Below, in pieces: positions 1 through 10,566 of a DNA stretch of 64,000 nt (its first letter is position 1; every line of letters begins with the position of its first letter). This stretch comes from Vicinamibacteria bacterium (lineage in GTDB: Bacteria > Acidobacteriota > Vicinamibacteria > Marinacidobacterales > Marinacidobacteraceae), in the NCBI GenBank assembly GCA_963668695.2, contig CAXXLQ010000004.1, forward strand, positions 3,456,001-3,520,000, given 5' to 3'. The notes under the pieces were generated by a model that did not search any database, was not told the origin of the DNA, and saw only the letters and a list, made by a program, of their open reading frames with translations. The position numbers were made by a program, and so were the translations under genes.

Positions 1-2
1 GC

Positions 3-533
3 GGGCTGCTCCGGGGCGTCAACAAAAAGCGGATGTTCGACCACCTGCTGGCTCCCGACGGCCGTTTCGGGGACAACCCGATAGACACCCGGGACGAGTT
101 GCTCCTCAAAGCCTTCGCCGATGGGGTCCAGGACGTGACCGAGCGGCTCGGATCCGACATGGCGGATTGGCGCTATGGGCAGACCGCCATGAAGTACGTC
201 CACATCACGAACTACATGGCTCGGGCGGTGAACGAGGAGACCCGCCAATTGCTCGAAGTCGGCCCCTATCCGCGCGGCGGCTACGAATCCACCGTGCACA
301 ACACCAGCGGCAACGACAACCAGGGCTCGGGCGGCAGTTTCCGGGTGATCCTGGACCCGTCGAACTGGGACAACTCGATCGCGACGAGCGCTCCCGGACA
401 GTCCGGTGACCCGATGAACCCCCACTACCGTGATCTCTTCGAACTCTGGGTCCGCCATCAGTACTTCCCGCTCGCCTATACCCGGGCGAGGGTGGAATCG
501 GTCACCGAACACCGCCTGATGCTGAACCCGTAG
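3..533 (+). CDS. Penicillin acylase (Ntn-hydrolase, S45) family protein, C-terminal part; 5' end outside the window
   Basis: Frame is open from the window edge; typical C-terminal motifs GGSFRVILD and PGQSGDPxNPHYRDLFELW. Confidence 0.85.
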   Translation, partial: GLLRGVNKKRMFDHLLAPDGRFGDNPIDTRDELLLKAFADGVQDVTERLGSDMADWRYGQTAMKYVHITNYMARAVNEETRQLLEVGPYPRGGYESTVHNTSGNDNQGSGGSFRVILDPSNWDNSIATSAPGQSGDPMNPHYRDLFELWVRHQYFPLAYTRARVESVTEHRLMLNP

Positions 534-698
534 GGAGGACGCAATGGATCAACCCGCCGTCATATGGTCAGCCTGTCAGAGCACTCTCAGAACCTCATCA
601 CGCGGATCACAACCGCACCCTCGACGCGACAACACGACGCCGCCTCCGACCAGAAACCGCACGAGGTAGCGACGAGAGTCCGGCGTACAATTCCGGCC

Positions 699-2267
699 AT
701 GCTGCTGCGAATACCCTCTCACGGAACAGGCACCAATGGCCGTAGAGCGGCTACGAGGCAGCCCTACGCCATAGTCGTCGGGCTGACGGTTGTTTCAGCT
801 TGCGCGCCCAAGGTTGCGCAGCTCCCGCCGACTCCGGCCCCAACACAGCTTCAGCAGCTTTCATGCGAGGAATTCACACATGTGCTCACAGAAGGATCGC
901 TCGCACGCGCTATCGCCGTCATGCCGTCATACGCCGACATCGAAATTGCTGACGGTGTCGCGGAGCAAGATGCGGTAGACACACCCAACCTTCAATGCGC
1001 GTCTGATGACTCGTTTTGCAACGGATTCGTCAATGGCCTTCTGATCGGCGCTCCTCTTGCCGCCGCAAACAGGATCGAACGCGCCGCGCGGCTTCGCGAA
1101 CTCCGATTCGGAGTCGAGCGCGCGGTACTCCGCGGCGTCAATACTCAATGCAAGTATGAAGCCGCCCTGGACGCACTCGGCGGGATCGTGGACCCGTCGT
1201 TGGATGCGATGACGCTCAGCCAACTGGCGAATTCTTACGCGCCGACGTCACCTGTTTCCCCGTCACCCGGGGTATCTTCTCCTTCTGTTGTGAGTCTGCC
1301 TCGCCGTTCTGAGCCAGGTATTGACGGAAGTCGCACCAGGAACGCCCCGACGGATGTGCGCCTGGCACCGAGTCCCGACGCTGTTGTTACGAGCCTTCAG
1401 GAGCTGATGCGGATGGAAGGATTCGATACGACCGGACTAGACAGACTGTCGCGCCAGGAACTCACGTATTTCCGTGAATGGGTACTCGACTTCGTGGCAG
1501 CTCTCAGCCTTTCTGAGGCGAGTGCCTGCTCGCCAACGAGCAAGAGCACCATAGCCGATTCGTTCTCGGGCTGGGATAGCGACACGATCATACAGATGAC
1601 GAACGGTGAAGTATGGCAGCAAGATTCGCAGGCGTACAGCAATGGGTTCAGGTATAGGCCAGAGGCTATTGTGTTCTCGCTACACGGAGAATGCGTCATG
1701 CTTGTTGAAGGAACGGATGAAGCAGTTGCAGTAGTTGCAATTGGCCGGGATGGCGAGGATCCTGCCGAACGCGATGTTCTCACAAGGCCACACCGTCGTC
1801 TTATCCTGGCGTCGGCGCAGCGCGTAGCCAACATGTCTCCCTCCGTGCATGCAGTTCGCCCCCTCAGCGACTTGTTCTTTGGGATTGCGGACGAATACGT
1901 GAATGTCACTCACGCCCTGGTCGGTAGTGGCAGATTCGACGCCTTTGGATTAGAAAGACTGACGCCGAGCGAGCTTCTTCCTGTCGACATGTGGCTGTAC
2001 TACGTCGCCGTCGCGACCCTTCGAGTGCGCTCGGATAGGGGAGGCTGTTCGCCGGCATTCCAAGGCAGCATCCAAGGGTTCTTTGATGGCTGGAACGGAG
2101 AAACTGTCATCGAGTTGGCGAGCAGACAGGCATGGGAGCAGTCGTCGTTTCACATCAACTTTCGTCATCTCCCCAACCCCGATGTCTACGTGTTTTCGTT
2201 GGATGGAAGCTGCAAGATGTTTGTAGAGGGTACTGATCAGCCTGTGAGTGTCGAACAGCTTCGCTAA
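699..2267 (+). CDS. Hypothetical lipoprotein with two copies of an uncharacterised module
   Basis: Hydrophobic stretch followed by VSAC lipobox; internal repeat GLxRL(S/T)xxEL...F(S/D)GW..(D/E)T.I....Q.W.Q...P...VFSLxGxCxMxVEGTD. Start is uncertain (564 or 699); TACAAT at 686-691 lies just upstream of ATG 699. Confidence 0.65.
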   Translation: MLLRIPSHGTGTNGRRAATRQPYAIVVGLTVVSACAPKVAQLPPTPAPTQLQQLSCEEFTHVLTEGSLARAIAVMPSYADIEIADGVAEQDAVDTPNLQCASDDSFCNGFVNGLLIGAPLAAANRIERAARLRELRFGVERAVLRGVNTQCKYEAALDALGGIVDPSLDAMTLSQLANSYAPTSPVSPSPGVSSPSVVSLPRRSEPGIDGSRTRNAPTDVRLAPSPDAVVTSLQELMRMEGFDTTGLDRLSRQELTYFREWVLDFVAALSLSEASACSPTSKSTIADSFSGWDSDTIIQMTNGEVWQQDSQAYSNGFRYRPEAIVFSLHGECVMLVEGTDEAVAVVAIGRDGEDPAERDVLTRPHRRLILASAQRVANMSPSVHAVRPLSDLFFGIADEYVNVTHALVGSGRFDAFGLERLTPSELLPVDMWLYYVAVATLRVRSDRGGCSPAFQGSIQGFFDGWNGETVIELASRQAWEQSSFHINFRHLPNPDVYVFSLDGSCKMFVEGTDQPVSVEQLR

Positions 2268-2532
2268 CTCGGATGCGCTAGGCTCGTTTCTCGCAGGTCC
2301 ATGGCCCCTCGCCGTGTCCGCAGGGTAATCGGCAGTGATCAATCCTCCGTGACCTCTCGAAAGCGACCGGCAATGTAACGACGGGTGATGGTGACGCAAC
2401 GCTGACCGACGGCGAGGATCTCGTCATCGACCCGCTTTCAGTCTCCCGGCCACCGAAACTGCAAGAGGTTGGAAACTGTGCTCGGCAACCACGTTTCGGG
2501 CGCAGTGCCGGATTTCGTCCAGAGCTGCGCCG

Positions 2533-2961
2533 TTATCCCAAATCGCCTCCGCCGGAGGGCGCGGGAGTTGGGTGGTCGGCACCGTATCTCTCGATAAAGC
2601 CCAGACGTTCCATCCGCCCAAAGTCGCGGTCAAGGGACCACAGCGGCATACCGCGTTCCGCCGCGATGGCTGCGATCAGAAGGTCACCGACCCCAAACCG
2701 GTGGCCCCGCGCAGCGGCGACGCGGACCCAACGATCCATGCGTCCCCAGGTTGCCTCGGTAGGCAGCAGAACCGGCAGGCCGGACAGCGCCCGTCGCAGG
2801 CGAGGCTCCTGGGCGCGGGACACTCCGCTCAACAGCTCAACGCGTACCGGAATCGGCAAGGCGATCTCGTCATCGTCCAGCAGTCTGTCCAGGAGCCGAC
2901 CCTCCGCCGAGTCGCGGTCGCGGAGCGCCGCAATCCACACCGAGGTGTCGGCGCAGATCAT
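2533..2961 (-). CDS. vapC: VapC-type PIN-domain toxin
   Basis: ADTSVWI...E...DLLIAA...[11 protein letters not shown] motifs; overlaps the upstream antitoxin by 4 nt. Confidence 0.9.
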   Translation of the reverse strand: MICADTSVWIAALRDRDSAEGRLLDRLLDDDEIALPIPVRVELLSGVSRAQEPRLRRALSGLPVLLPTEATWGRMDRWVRVAAARGHRFGVGDLLIAAIAAERGMPLWSLDRDFGRMERLGFIERYGADHPTPAPSGGGDLG

Positions 2962-3158
2962 TGCCGCGGACGACGCCGCGATTTCGGAACATCCACGTCG
3001 AGAATGACGGTTCCGAGCAGTTCCCTGAGCTCCTTGATCCGCTTACGGCGGATGAGGTCCCGCAGGGACTGCACCACCGTATCTGTCTTCGATTTGAAGC
3101 CGAGCAGTCGCTGGGCCTCGTTCACCAGTTCAGGGGGGAGGTCGAGCGTGGTCCGCAT
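2958..3158 (-). CDS. vapB: VapB-type antitoxin
   Basis: 66 aa, [28 protein letters not shown] pattern, directly upstream of the PIN gene. Confidence 0.88.
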   Translation of the reverse strand: MRTTLDLPPELVNEAQRLLGFKSKTDTVVQSLRDLIRRKRIKELRELLGTVILDVDVPKSRRRPRQ

Positions 3159-3313
3159 AAAGAAAGCATACTCTTTTGTGCCTGGATACGCATCATCAAG
3201 GACACATTGCTATGAGTCCACCCCTCCCAACCGGCGCCGAGCTGTGGCGCCGGACGGCTTTGGAGCGGCGAGGGCGCAGACCCTCGGATCGTTCCGGCTA
3301 GCCTTCCCGCCGC

Positions 3314-5418
3314 ATGACGGTTAGCGGCGATTCACCTTCCGGGCCGCCGCGCGTGCCCGGCCGCACCGTCTCCTACGAGAAGTTCGGGCGGCGCTGGACC
3401 GATCCCTGGGCCTGGATCCGGGATCGCGACGACCCCGAGGTTCTCCGCCACCTGGAGGCGGAGAACGCCTGGACCGAGCGGAGCCTCGCGCGCTGGTCGG
3501 GCCTACGGGACACCGTGCTCGACGAAATGAAGGCCCGGATCGTCCCGGATACCGCGTCCCCGCCGGTGCGCCACGGACCCTTCGTCTATCTCTCCCGGTA
3601 TCGGCGCGGCGAGGAATACCCGGTTTTCTGCCGCCGCCCGGCCGGACGGGGAGGTCGTCGACCCGGCCGGGAAGAACTCCTGCTCGATGGAAACCAATTG
3701 GCGCGCGAAGCGCACGGGGACGCCGCGGACGGCTATTTCTCGATCGGCGCCCTGGAGATCTCGCCGAACCACGAGATCCTCGCCTTCGCTACCGATACGG
3801 TGGGAAGGCGCATCTACGAGTTCCGCTTTCTGGACACCCGGACCGGCGAAGTGCTGCCCGACCGGATCGAGGGCGCCGCACCGAATCTCGTGTGGGCTCG
3901 CGCGGGCGACGCGGTGCTGTACACGCAACTCGACCCGGAAACGCTGCGCTGGAACCGCGTGATGCTGCACCGGCTCGGCGATCCGCCGGGGCGGGACCGG
4001 CTGGTGTACGAAGAAACCGACGAGACCTTCTGGGTGGCAGCCCACGAGAGCCGTTCGCGGGAGTTCGTGCTCCTCACCTGCGAGCAGACCGACCGCGCGG
4101 AAGCCTGGGCCATTCCGAGCGGCGAACCGGACGCCGCTCCCCGGCGGCTCATTCCGAGGGGCGGGCCACACGAGTTCGAGCTGGACCATTTCCGGGGCCG
4201 TTTCCTGATCCGCACGAACCGCGGCGCCCCCGACTTCCGGCTGGTCACCGCCAGCGAAGCCGATCCGGGAGCGGAAGCGGCTTGGGAAGATCTGGTCCCG
4301 GCGCGGGAAGGCATCCAGCTCGAGGGCTTCGAGCTCTTCGAGACACATCTCGCGCTCTTCGAACGGCGCGCCGGCCGCCAGGAACTTCGCCTGCTGGACT
4401 GGGAAAGCGGCGACACCCGGCAGGTGCCGCTTCCGGGACTGGTGCGGGCGCTGGACGAGGAGAACAATCCGGAACCCGGGGCGGGCGAGGTGCGCGTCGT
4501 GGTGAGCACGCCGAAGACGCCCACCACCACGCTCGCCGTTTCACTCGCGACCGGCCGGCGCCGCACGCTGAAGCGGGAAGAGGTTCCCGGCTTCCGCTCG
4601 GCGGACTACCGGGTTCGCCGTCTCGCGGCCCGGGCGCGGGATGGGGCGCGGATTCCGATTTCGCTGGTGCATCACCGGGATCATCCGCCGGGAGCGGCGT
4701 CCCCCCTCCTGCTCTACGGCTATGGGGCCTACGGAATTTGTATGGACCCCGCCTTCTCCAAAGCGCGCTTCAGCCTTCTGGACCGTGGTTTCTCGTTCGC
4801 GATCGCCCACATCCGGGGCGGGCAGGAGCTGGGGCGCGCGTGGTACGAGGCTGGCCGCCAGGAAAGCAAGACCAACACCTTCCACGACTTTATCGCCTGT
4901 GCCCGCCACCTGCGAAATCGCCGGATGTGCGACCCGGAGCGCCTCTACGCGATGGGAGGGAGCGCCGGCGGGCTCCTGATGGGCGCGGTCGTGAACGAAG
5001 CGCCGGAACTCTTCGCCGGAGTGGTGGCGATGGTCCCCTTCGTGGACGTGCTCAACACCATGCTCGACCCGGACATCCCGCTCACCACCGCGGAATACGA
5101 CGAGTGGGGCGATCCCAACCAGGAAGAGTTCTTCAAACTGCTCGCGAGCTACGCCCCCTTCGAAAACGTCCCGGCGGCCCCCTGCCCCACCTGCTGGTCA
5201 CCAGCGGGCTCCACGATTCCCAGGTGCAGTTCTGGGAGCCCACGAAATGGGTCCAGCGCCTCCGGGCGCGCAACACCCATCCCGATCGGCTGATCCTGCT
5301 GCGTACCAACATGGATGCGGGACACGGAGGCCGCTCCGGGAGGTACCGCGGACTTGAGGAAATCGCCGAGATCTACGCGTTTCTGATCGGGCTCAGCGCT
5401 ACGGGAAGCCCGGACTGA
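3314..5418 (+). CDS. ptrB: Oligopeptidase B (S9A), frameshifted at about 5178-5188
   Basis: GGSAGG nucleophile motif, [22 protein letters not shown]. The C-terminus ([15 protein letters not shown]...AGHGG) continues in another frame after short C runs. Confidence 0.88.
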
Positions 5419-5419
5419 G

Positions 5420-6964
5420 TCAGTCGCCGTCTACCGGCGGGAGGAGCGCAACCGTTCCGGTCTCTTCCTCGCGGGCGCCGGCGACGGCCTGCTCCATAGC
5501 AGCGATCTCCGCGTCACTGAGCTCTTCGAAGAGGCCACGTTTCGCCGCCGAGAGCCGTCCCTGGTTCTGCATCACAAGCCGGACGAACAGGGAGAGACGG
5601 CGATCCGGCATGTCCACGATCTCCCGCGCCGCTTCCGAAGCACGAGTGAAGACCGCGACGAAACCCAGTTCGTCGCGGAGATCCCGGCGGATCGTCTCGG
5701 CGATGCGGTCGTAGAGATACTCGGCGAAGGCGGTGGCGTCGAAGAAGCGGTAGAGGTCGGCGGTGTCGCCCTCCACCCGCACTTCCCGATCCGGTGTCCA
5801 GTCCCACGGGGTCAGGTGCAGGCGCGGTCGGGAGAAACTCTCCAACACGGCGTCGTAACCGGGCCGGTCGCGCAGGATCGCGGCGGATACGGGAAAGATC
5901 GCGCCCTCCGGACCGTAGCCGCGGCTCGCGAGTGCGTGGTGCAGCAGCCAGCGGTGAATGCGGCCGTTTCCGTCCTCGAAGGGGTGGACGAAGACGAACG
6001 CAAAGGAGGACACCGCCGCCGCCACGACCGGGTCCACCGCACTCTCCGCCAGGCGGCGGGCCAGAACCGCCCAACCCTCCATGAGCTTCGGGACGTCATC
6101 AGGCCGCGGGCCGATGAAGTGCACTTCCTCGCGGTAGCCGCCGACCGTCGAGCCGACAAAGATCTGTACGTCGCGCCAGTCGGCCGCCGCGTAGCGGGGG
6201 TCAACGATCCCGGCCTGGAGGTCGAGAAGCGCGGCCTTGTCGGTCGGATCGCGGCCGGGCGCCGTCCGCAGGGCCGCTACGAAACGCTCGGCACGGGTCG
6301 TGCTCGGAGTTTCTCCCTCGATCGCGAAAGAAGAGTGCGTTTCCTTGGTGTAAAGGTAGTTGACGGCGCGGATGAGGACCGAGGGTTCATACCGCGCGAC
6401 GAGCGTTCGGGCCTCGTCATCCAAACCCTGTTCCATGGCCGCGACCAGGCGGCGTGTCCGCCGGACCGTAGGGCAGAGACCGGGGCCGCCGAGCAGGTTG
6501 TCCGCGACCCGGTGCCGCCGCGAGCGGCGCGGCGCGGCCACGAAGTGCCGGGCGGGGTCGAGAGCCGCGACATAGTTCCCCGCCTTCCCGTCCTCAAGGT
6601 CCAGAGTTCGTCCAAGGAGAGTCTCGTACAGGAACCAGGCCCGGCGGCTGAAGGCGCCCGTGGGTTCGGCCCGGCCCCAGCTCTCGATGGTTTTCGGCCC
6701 GATCTCGCGGAAGGCGGCCGTGAGGACTCCGAGATCGAGGGGCTCGTGGCGGAGGGCGAAGCGCAGGTGGCCAATGACGGATCCGTCGGTGGCGTAGCGT
6801 CGGGGATAGGACTCGAACGTCCTCCCTCCCTCGGTTTCCGTGCGGCGGGCACCGGCGACGAGACGACTCTCGGTAGCCGCCGGGGGGACCCGGAGAGCGA
6901 GCTCCTGGTGCAGCCAAGCCTGGCCGAGGGGGCTTTCACCGAGTCTTGAGGAGTGGGGGGGCAT
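5420..6964 (-). CDS. Fic family protein (class II-like, with internal inhibitory motif)
   Basis: Canonical HPFEDGNGRIHR motif; upstream SFAIEG fits the (S/T)xxxE(G/N) inhibitory motif. Confidence 0.9.
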   Translation of the reverse strand: MPPHSSRLGESPLGQAWLHQELALRVPPAATESRLVAGARRTETEGGRTFESYPRRYATDGSVIGHLRFALRHEPLDLGVLTAAFREIGPKTIESWGRAEPTGAFSRRAWFLYETLLGRTLDLEDGKAGNYVAALDPARHFVAAPRRSRRHRVADNLLGGPGLCPTVRRTRRLVAAMEQGLDDEARTLVARYEPSVLIRAVNYLYTKETHSSFAIEGETPSTTRAERFVAALRTAPGRDPTDKAALLDLQAGIVDPRYAAADWRDVQIFVGSTVGGYREEVHFIGPRPDDVPKLMEGWAVLARRLAESAVDPVVAAAVSSFAFVFVHPFEDGNGRIHRWLLHHALASRGYGPEGAIFPVSAAILRDRPGYDAVLESFSRPRLHLTPWDWTPDREVRVEGDTADLYRFFDATAFAEYLYDRIAETIRRDLRDELGFVAVFTRASEAAREIVDMPDRRLSLFVRLVMQNQGRLSAAKRGLFEELSDAEIAAMEQAVAGAREEETGTVALLPPVDGD

Positions 6965-7054
6965 GGAAGACTGGATCCATTGAGAGTGAGACGAAGGGTT
7001 GCCCTACGGGATCGCCACACGGTTTCGGGTTCCGTGAGAAAACGGGGACCGGGA

Positions 7055-7243
7055 TGGAGTTCCGATTAGATGATGGCTTGGACGTTGAAGAACATTTTCC
7101 CTTGACAGGAATGCCAAGTTGTCGCAAAACGATTTTCGACGTGGAATTCCGATTAGATTATCGCTTTGACGTTGAAAAGCAATTTCCCTTGACAGAAACG
7201 CCAAGTTGTCGCAAAACGATTTTCGGCATGGAATTCCGATTAG
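7055..7243. repeat. AT-rich tandem repeat, 87-bp unit, about 2.2 copies, upstream of the Fic gene
   Basis: TGGA(G/A)TTCCGATTAG starts at 7055, 7142 and 7229; TTTCCCTTGACAG and GCCAAGTTGTCGCAAAACGATTTTCG each occur twice. Confidence 0.9.
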
Positions 7244-7647
7244 GAAACCCCTCTTGCATCCAATAGCGATTCTTCCTGACACCGCCGACCGCGCGCCATA
7301 CGGGAAGTAGAGATCGTGCGGTTCGCTGCGCTGTCGCGCAGCGATGCCGGGCCCGACCGGGACATCCATGATCGGGTCCTCCTGCACACCCCGCCGGTCA
7401 GGAAAGTGCAGTTCGGGGATCTTGCAGGTGCCCAAGCCACCAGGCGGAGCGACGCGCAGCCACGGTCCCTTGCGGGCGCGTCACCTCCCGGGATGAGGAC
7501 AGTGCCGAGACGGGAACCATCCCGGTGTTCCTCGATACGCGACTCCGCCCGCCTGCGGCGGGCTGTGCCGACCGGAGGTCGGCGTTCCAAGCCGTCCCCG
7601 CGCTTCTTCGCGGTTGGCGTTACGCCGTCTCGCCCCGCTCCGCGGAG

Positions 7648-7692
7648 CGGTGCCGGTGTGAACGCCCCCACCGGGAGAACTGGCCGGCGTTC
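7648..7692 (-). repeat. REP-like element (GAACGCCGG family) carrying the 16-bp module
   Basis: Reverse complement matches 33655-33695; GAACGCC...GGCGTTC hairpin. Confidence 0.75.
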
Positions 7693-7733
7693 GCTGACCA
7701 GCGCGCCATCCGCGCTGTCGGCGTCCCGGCGGG

Positions 7734-9131
7734 TCAGACCGTCGTCGTCTTCCAGCCGCCGCGGCGGAAGACCAGGGTGCTGACGGCGGCGGAGAGGGAG
7801 TAGGCGATGGCCACGGCCCAGAATACGCCGTCCACGCCGAGGGCGGTTCGGGAGAGCAGCCACGCCAGTGGGATCTCGAACAGCCAGAAGCAGACGAGGT
7901 CAATCCAGGTCGGAGTCCAGGTGTCTCCGGCTCCGTTGAAGGCTTGCCGGGTAACCATTCCCAAGGCGTAGAAGACGTATCCGTAGCTCACTATGCGGAG
8001 CGCCGTGGCCGCCGTGCGGAGCACCTCGGGCTCGTCCGTGAAGAGCGCTGCGATTTCCGGCGCAAAGACCACGAAGACCCCGGTCACCAGCGCCATGAAC
8101 GCCATGTTCCAGCCGCCGGTGATCCACACCGCACGCTCGGCCCGGTCGGGCTTTCCTGCTCCCAGGTTCTGGCCCACCAGCGTCGAGGCGGCGTTCGAAA
8201 GCCCCCAGCAGGGCAGGATGACGAAGAGCGCGACCCGGATGGCGATAACCCAGCCCGCGACCGCCATGGTTCCGAAACTCGCGATGATGCGGATCAGCAG
8301 GATCCAGGGCAGCATGTCGGCGAGCATCTGTCCGATCCCGCCGACCGACACCCGGCAGAGATTCCTCATGACCGCCCACTGCGTTCGGATGTCTTCCCGC
8401 CGGATGCGTATCCGCGAGCCCCGCGAGAGCACCCAGAACTGGTAGAGCACGCCGGTACCACGGCCGATCGTGGTCGCGACCGCCGCCCCCGGAAGACCCA
8501 GCTCGGGGAACGGCCCCAGCCCGAAGATCAGACACGGATCCAGCACGATATTGATTCCGTTGGCGAGCCAGAGTGACCGCATCGCCGCCTGGGCGTCCCC
8601 GGCGCCCCGCAGGATCGCGTTGTTCAGGAACAGCAGGATGATGGTGGCCATCCCGGCGTACATGATCCGGGCGTGGGTCGTTCCGACGGCGACCGTTTCG
8701 GCGTCCGCGCCCATCAAGGCGAGCACCCGGGGCGCGAAGATCATTCCGACGATCCCGAGCGCCAAAGACACGGCGATTCCAAGGCCGATCGCCTGGACGC
8801 CGGCGCGCGCCGCTCCCCGCCGGTCCCCCTCCCCGTAGCGGCGGGAGACCAGCGCGGTCACCGCGAAGGAGAACCCGATCGCAATCGCGTACACCAGATC
8901 GAGGGCGGTCTCGGTGATCCCGGCAGAGGCAAGCGCCGGCGCCCCCAAACGCGAGATGAACAGGGCGTCCACGACCGCGAAGATCGACTCTCCGACCATT
9001 TCGAGCGCCATCGGCACCGCGAGCACGAACACCACGGGCGTAAGCGGCCCGGAGGTCAGATCGCGGTCCGAACCCCGGAGCGATTCGACCAGCAGCGCGA
9101 GCAGGCGCCGCGTGCGGGATCCCTGCGGCAT
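7734..9131 (-). CDS. MATE family efflux transporter
   Basis: DLTSGPL...LAVPM, NAILRGAGDA, INIVLDPCLIFG, GAAVAT, TLVGQNLGAGKPDRA. Confidence 0.92.
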   Translation of the reverse strand: MPQGSRTRRLLALLVESLRGSDRDLTSGPLTPVVFVLAVPMALEMVGESIFAVVDALFISRLGAPALASAGITETALDLVYAIAIGFSFAVTALVSRRYGEGDRRGAARAGVQAIGLGIAVSLALGIVGMIFAPRVLALMGADAETVAVGTTHARIMYAGMATIILLFLNNAILRGAGDAQAAMRSLWLANGINIVLDPCLIFGLGPFPELGLPGAAVATTIGRGTGVLYQFWVLSRGSRIRIRREDIRTQWAVMRNLCRVSVGGIGQMLADMLPWILLIRIIASFGTMAVAGWVIAIRVALFVILPCWGLSNAASTLVGQNLGAGKPDRAERAVWITGGWNMAFMALVTGVFVVFAPEIAALFTDEPEVLRTAATALRIVSYGYVFYALGMVTRQAFNGAGDTWTPTWIDLVCFWLFEIPLAWLLSRTALGVDGVFWAVAIAYSLSAAVSTLVFRRGGWKTTTV

Positions 9132-9269
9132 GGAGTAGGGCTGCGGCGGTCAGCTACCGCCGTCGGTCCAGGAACCGGCGTCGGAGCAGGGGCGCACGCA
9201 GGAATCGGCGATCAGGAAACTGTGGCGAAAGTTCGCCGGCGTCCGTTCGCGGCACGAAGCCACGGGGTG

Positions 9270-10106
9270 TCAGCCGGGCGGGATCAGCGCCACGATCCGT
9301 ACCGGGGCGCCGGTGCCGGCTTCGATCTTCATCGGCAGCGCGATCAGCAGGAAACCGTCAGACGGAACCCCGGAGAGATCCCCCACATTTTCCAGATTGG
9401 GAATCCCGGCGGCGCCCCCGACCTGGTGGACGATGAAATCCGTGGAGGGCCCGGAGTCCACACTCGCGGTGTCGATTCCAACGAGCCCGACGTCCCGCTC
9501 GACCAACAGCCGCATTGCGTCTTCGGCGAGCCCCGGGAAATGCAGGTTGTCGGCGGTTCCGGGTTCGTCGTCGCCCAGATAGGCGAGGGCGTCCGGCCAA
9601 CGGCTCGCCCACCCGGTGCGGAAGAGCACGGCGGTTCCCGACGGGATCTCACCGTGTTCCACCTCCCAGTCCCGGATATCGTCGGCGCTCGCCCGGTAGT
9701 CGGGGTCGGCGGCTGCCTGCGCGCTCACGTCCACGACCACCCCGGGAGCGATCAGCCGGCCAAGCGGGATCTCGCCGACCAGATCGGCGCCCTCGAAGAA
9801 ATGGTACGGCGCGTCGAGATGCGTCCCGCCGTGTTCGGCGGTGGCGAACTCCTTCATCGCGTAGAAGAAACCCGCCGGGGTCATCCCCTCGGCCAGAGTG
9901 TCGAGCTGGAATCCCTTGGTGTCGGTCGGCCAGTAGAGCGTGTTCTCGCCGTACCCATGACTGAGATCCACCATGCGCCACCCGGCGACGGCCTCCGGGC
10001 CGACTTCTGGACTCAGCGGTGGTGGAGGCTCGGGGGGAGCGCCGCAGGACGCGGCCACCAAGACGGCGACGACGCCGGCAACGGGGGAAAATCGGGCTAA
10101 CATCAA
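9270..10106 (-). CDS. Cyclase family (kynurenine formamidase-like) lipoprotein
   Basis: EHGGTHLDAPYHF, GIDTASVD, PMKIEAGTGAPVR; lipobox VAASC. Confidence 0.9.
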   Translation of the reverse strand: MMLARFSPVAGVVAVLVAASCGAPPEPPPPLSPEVGPEAVAGWRMVDLSHGYGENTLYWPTDTKGFQLDTLAEGMTPAGFFYAMKEFATAEHGGTHLDAPYHFFEGADLVGEIPLGRLIAPGVVVDVSAQAAADPDYRASADDIRDWEVEHGEIPSGTAVLFRTGWASRWPDALAYLGDDEPGTADNLHFPGLAEDAMRLLVERDVGLVGIDTASVDSGPSTDFIVHQVGGAAGIPNLENVGDLSGVPSDGFLLIALPMKIEAGTGAPVRIVALIPPG

Positions 10107-10155
10107 GAAATCCTGCCTGTGCAGGAAATGTTACCCAGCGAGAGGAGTGGGCCGG

Positions 10156-10566
10156 ATGTCCCGAGTTCTCGCGGCGTCCCTGGTCGTGGCCGCTGCCGCA
10201 ACGTTGCTGGCGCCCGGTGAAATCGTGGGATTTCTCGCCGCCGCCGGAGTGACCGCCGCCGTGCTGGCGGTCTGGAGCACCGGTTCGGCGGGGCCCGGGA
10301 ATCCAACCCGGAAGGTTGGTACGCGTCTCGACCGGGCGACCAGCGCGGGACTCGCCGTTTCGCTGGGCGCCGGGTGTCTGCTGGCGGCGGGTATTGCCGA
10401 CGGCCCCTCGCTCTTCGGTCTGCCGCGGTCACTTTGGGGACTGCTGCTCGGAGTGTGGCTGATACCGCTGGTGCTGACGAGCCTCGGCTTCGCGGCCGCC
10501 TTCGAGCCCCCCGACCCGGCCGGCTTGGAACGCCTGGAACGCCTGCGACCCGGAGCACGAGAGTGA
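10156..10566 (+). CDS. Small membrane protein, probable accessory subunit of the sodium:solute symporter
   Basis: About four hydrophobic segments; AGGAG RBS; GTGA overlap with the symporter gene. Confidence 0.65.
   Translation: MSRVLAASLVVAAAATLLAPGEIVGFLAAAGVTAAVLAVWSTGSAGPGNPTRKVGTRLDRATSAGLAVSLGAGCLLAAGIADGPSLFGLPRSLWGLLLGVWLIPLVLTSLGFAAAFEPPDPAGLERLERLRPGARE

Noticed and set aside
5178-5188. Programmed frameshift or true pseudogene in ptrB
   Set aside because: A single missing C in a short run with both halves intact is most simply a sequencing error. The same applies to the MmeI-like and wHTH gene indels. It cannot be settled without reads.
7270-7440. Possible gene fragment (GTCKIPELHFPD...) on the minus strand
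   Set aside because: It looks protein-like, but I cannot assign a family or a credible start.
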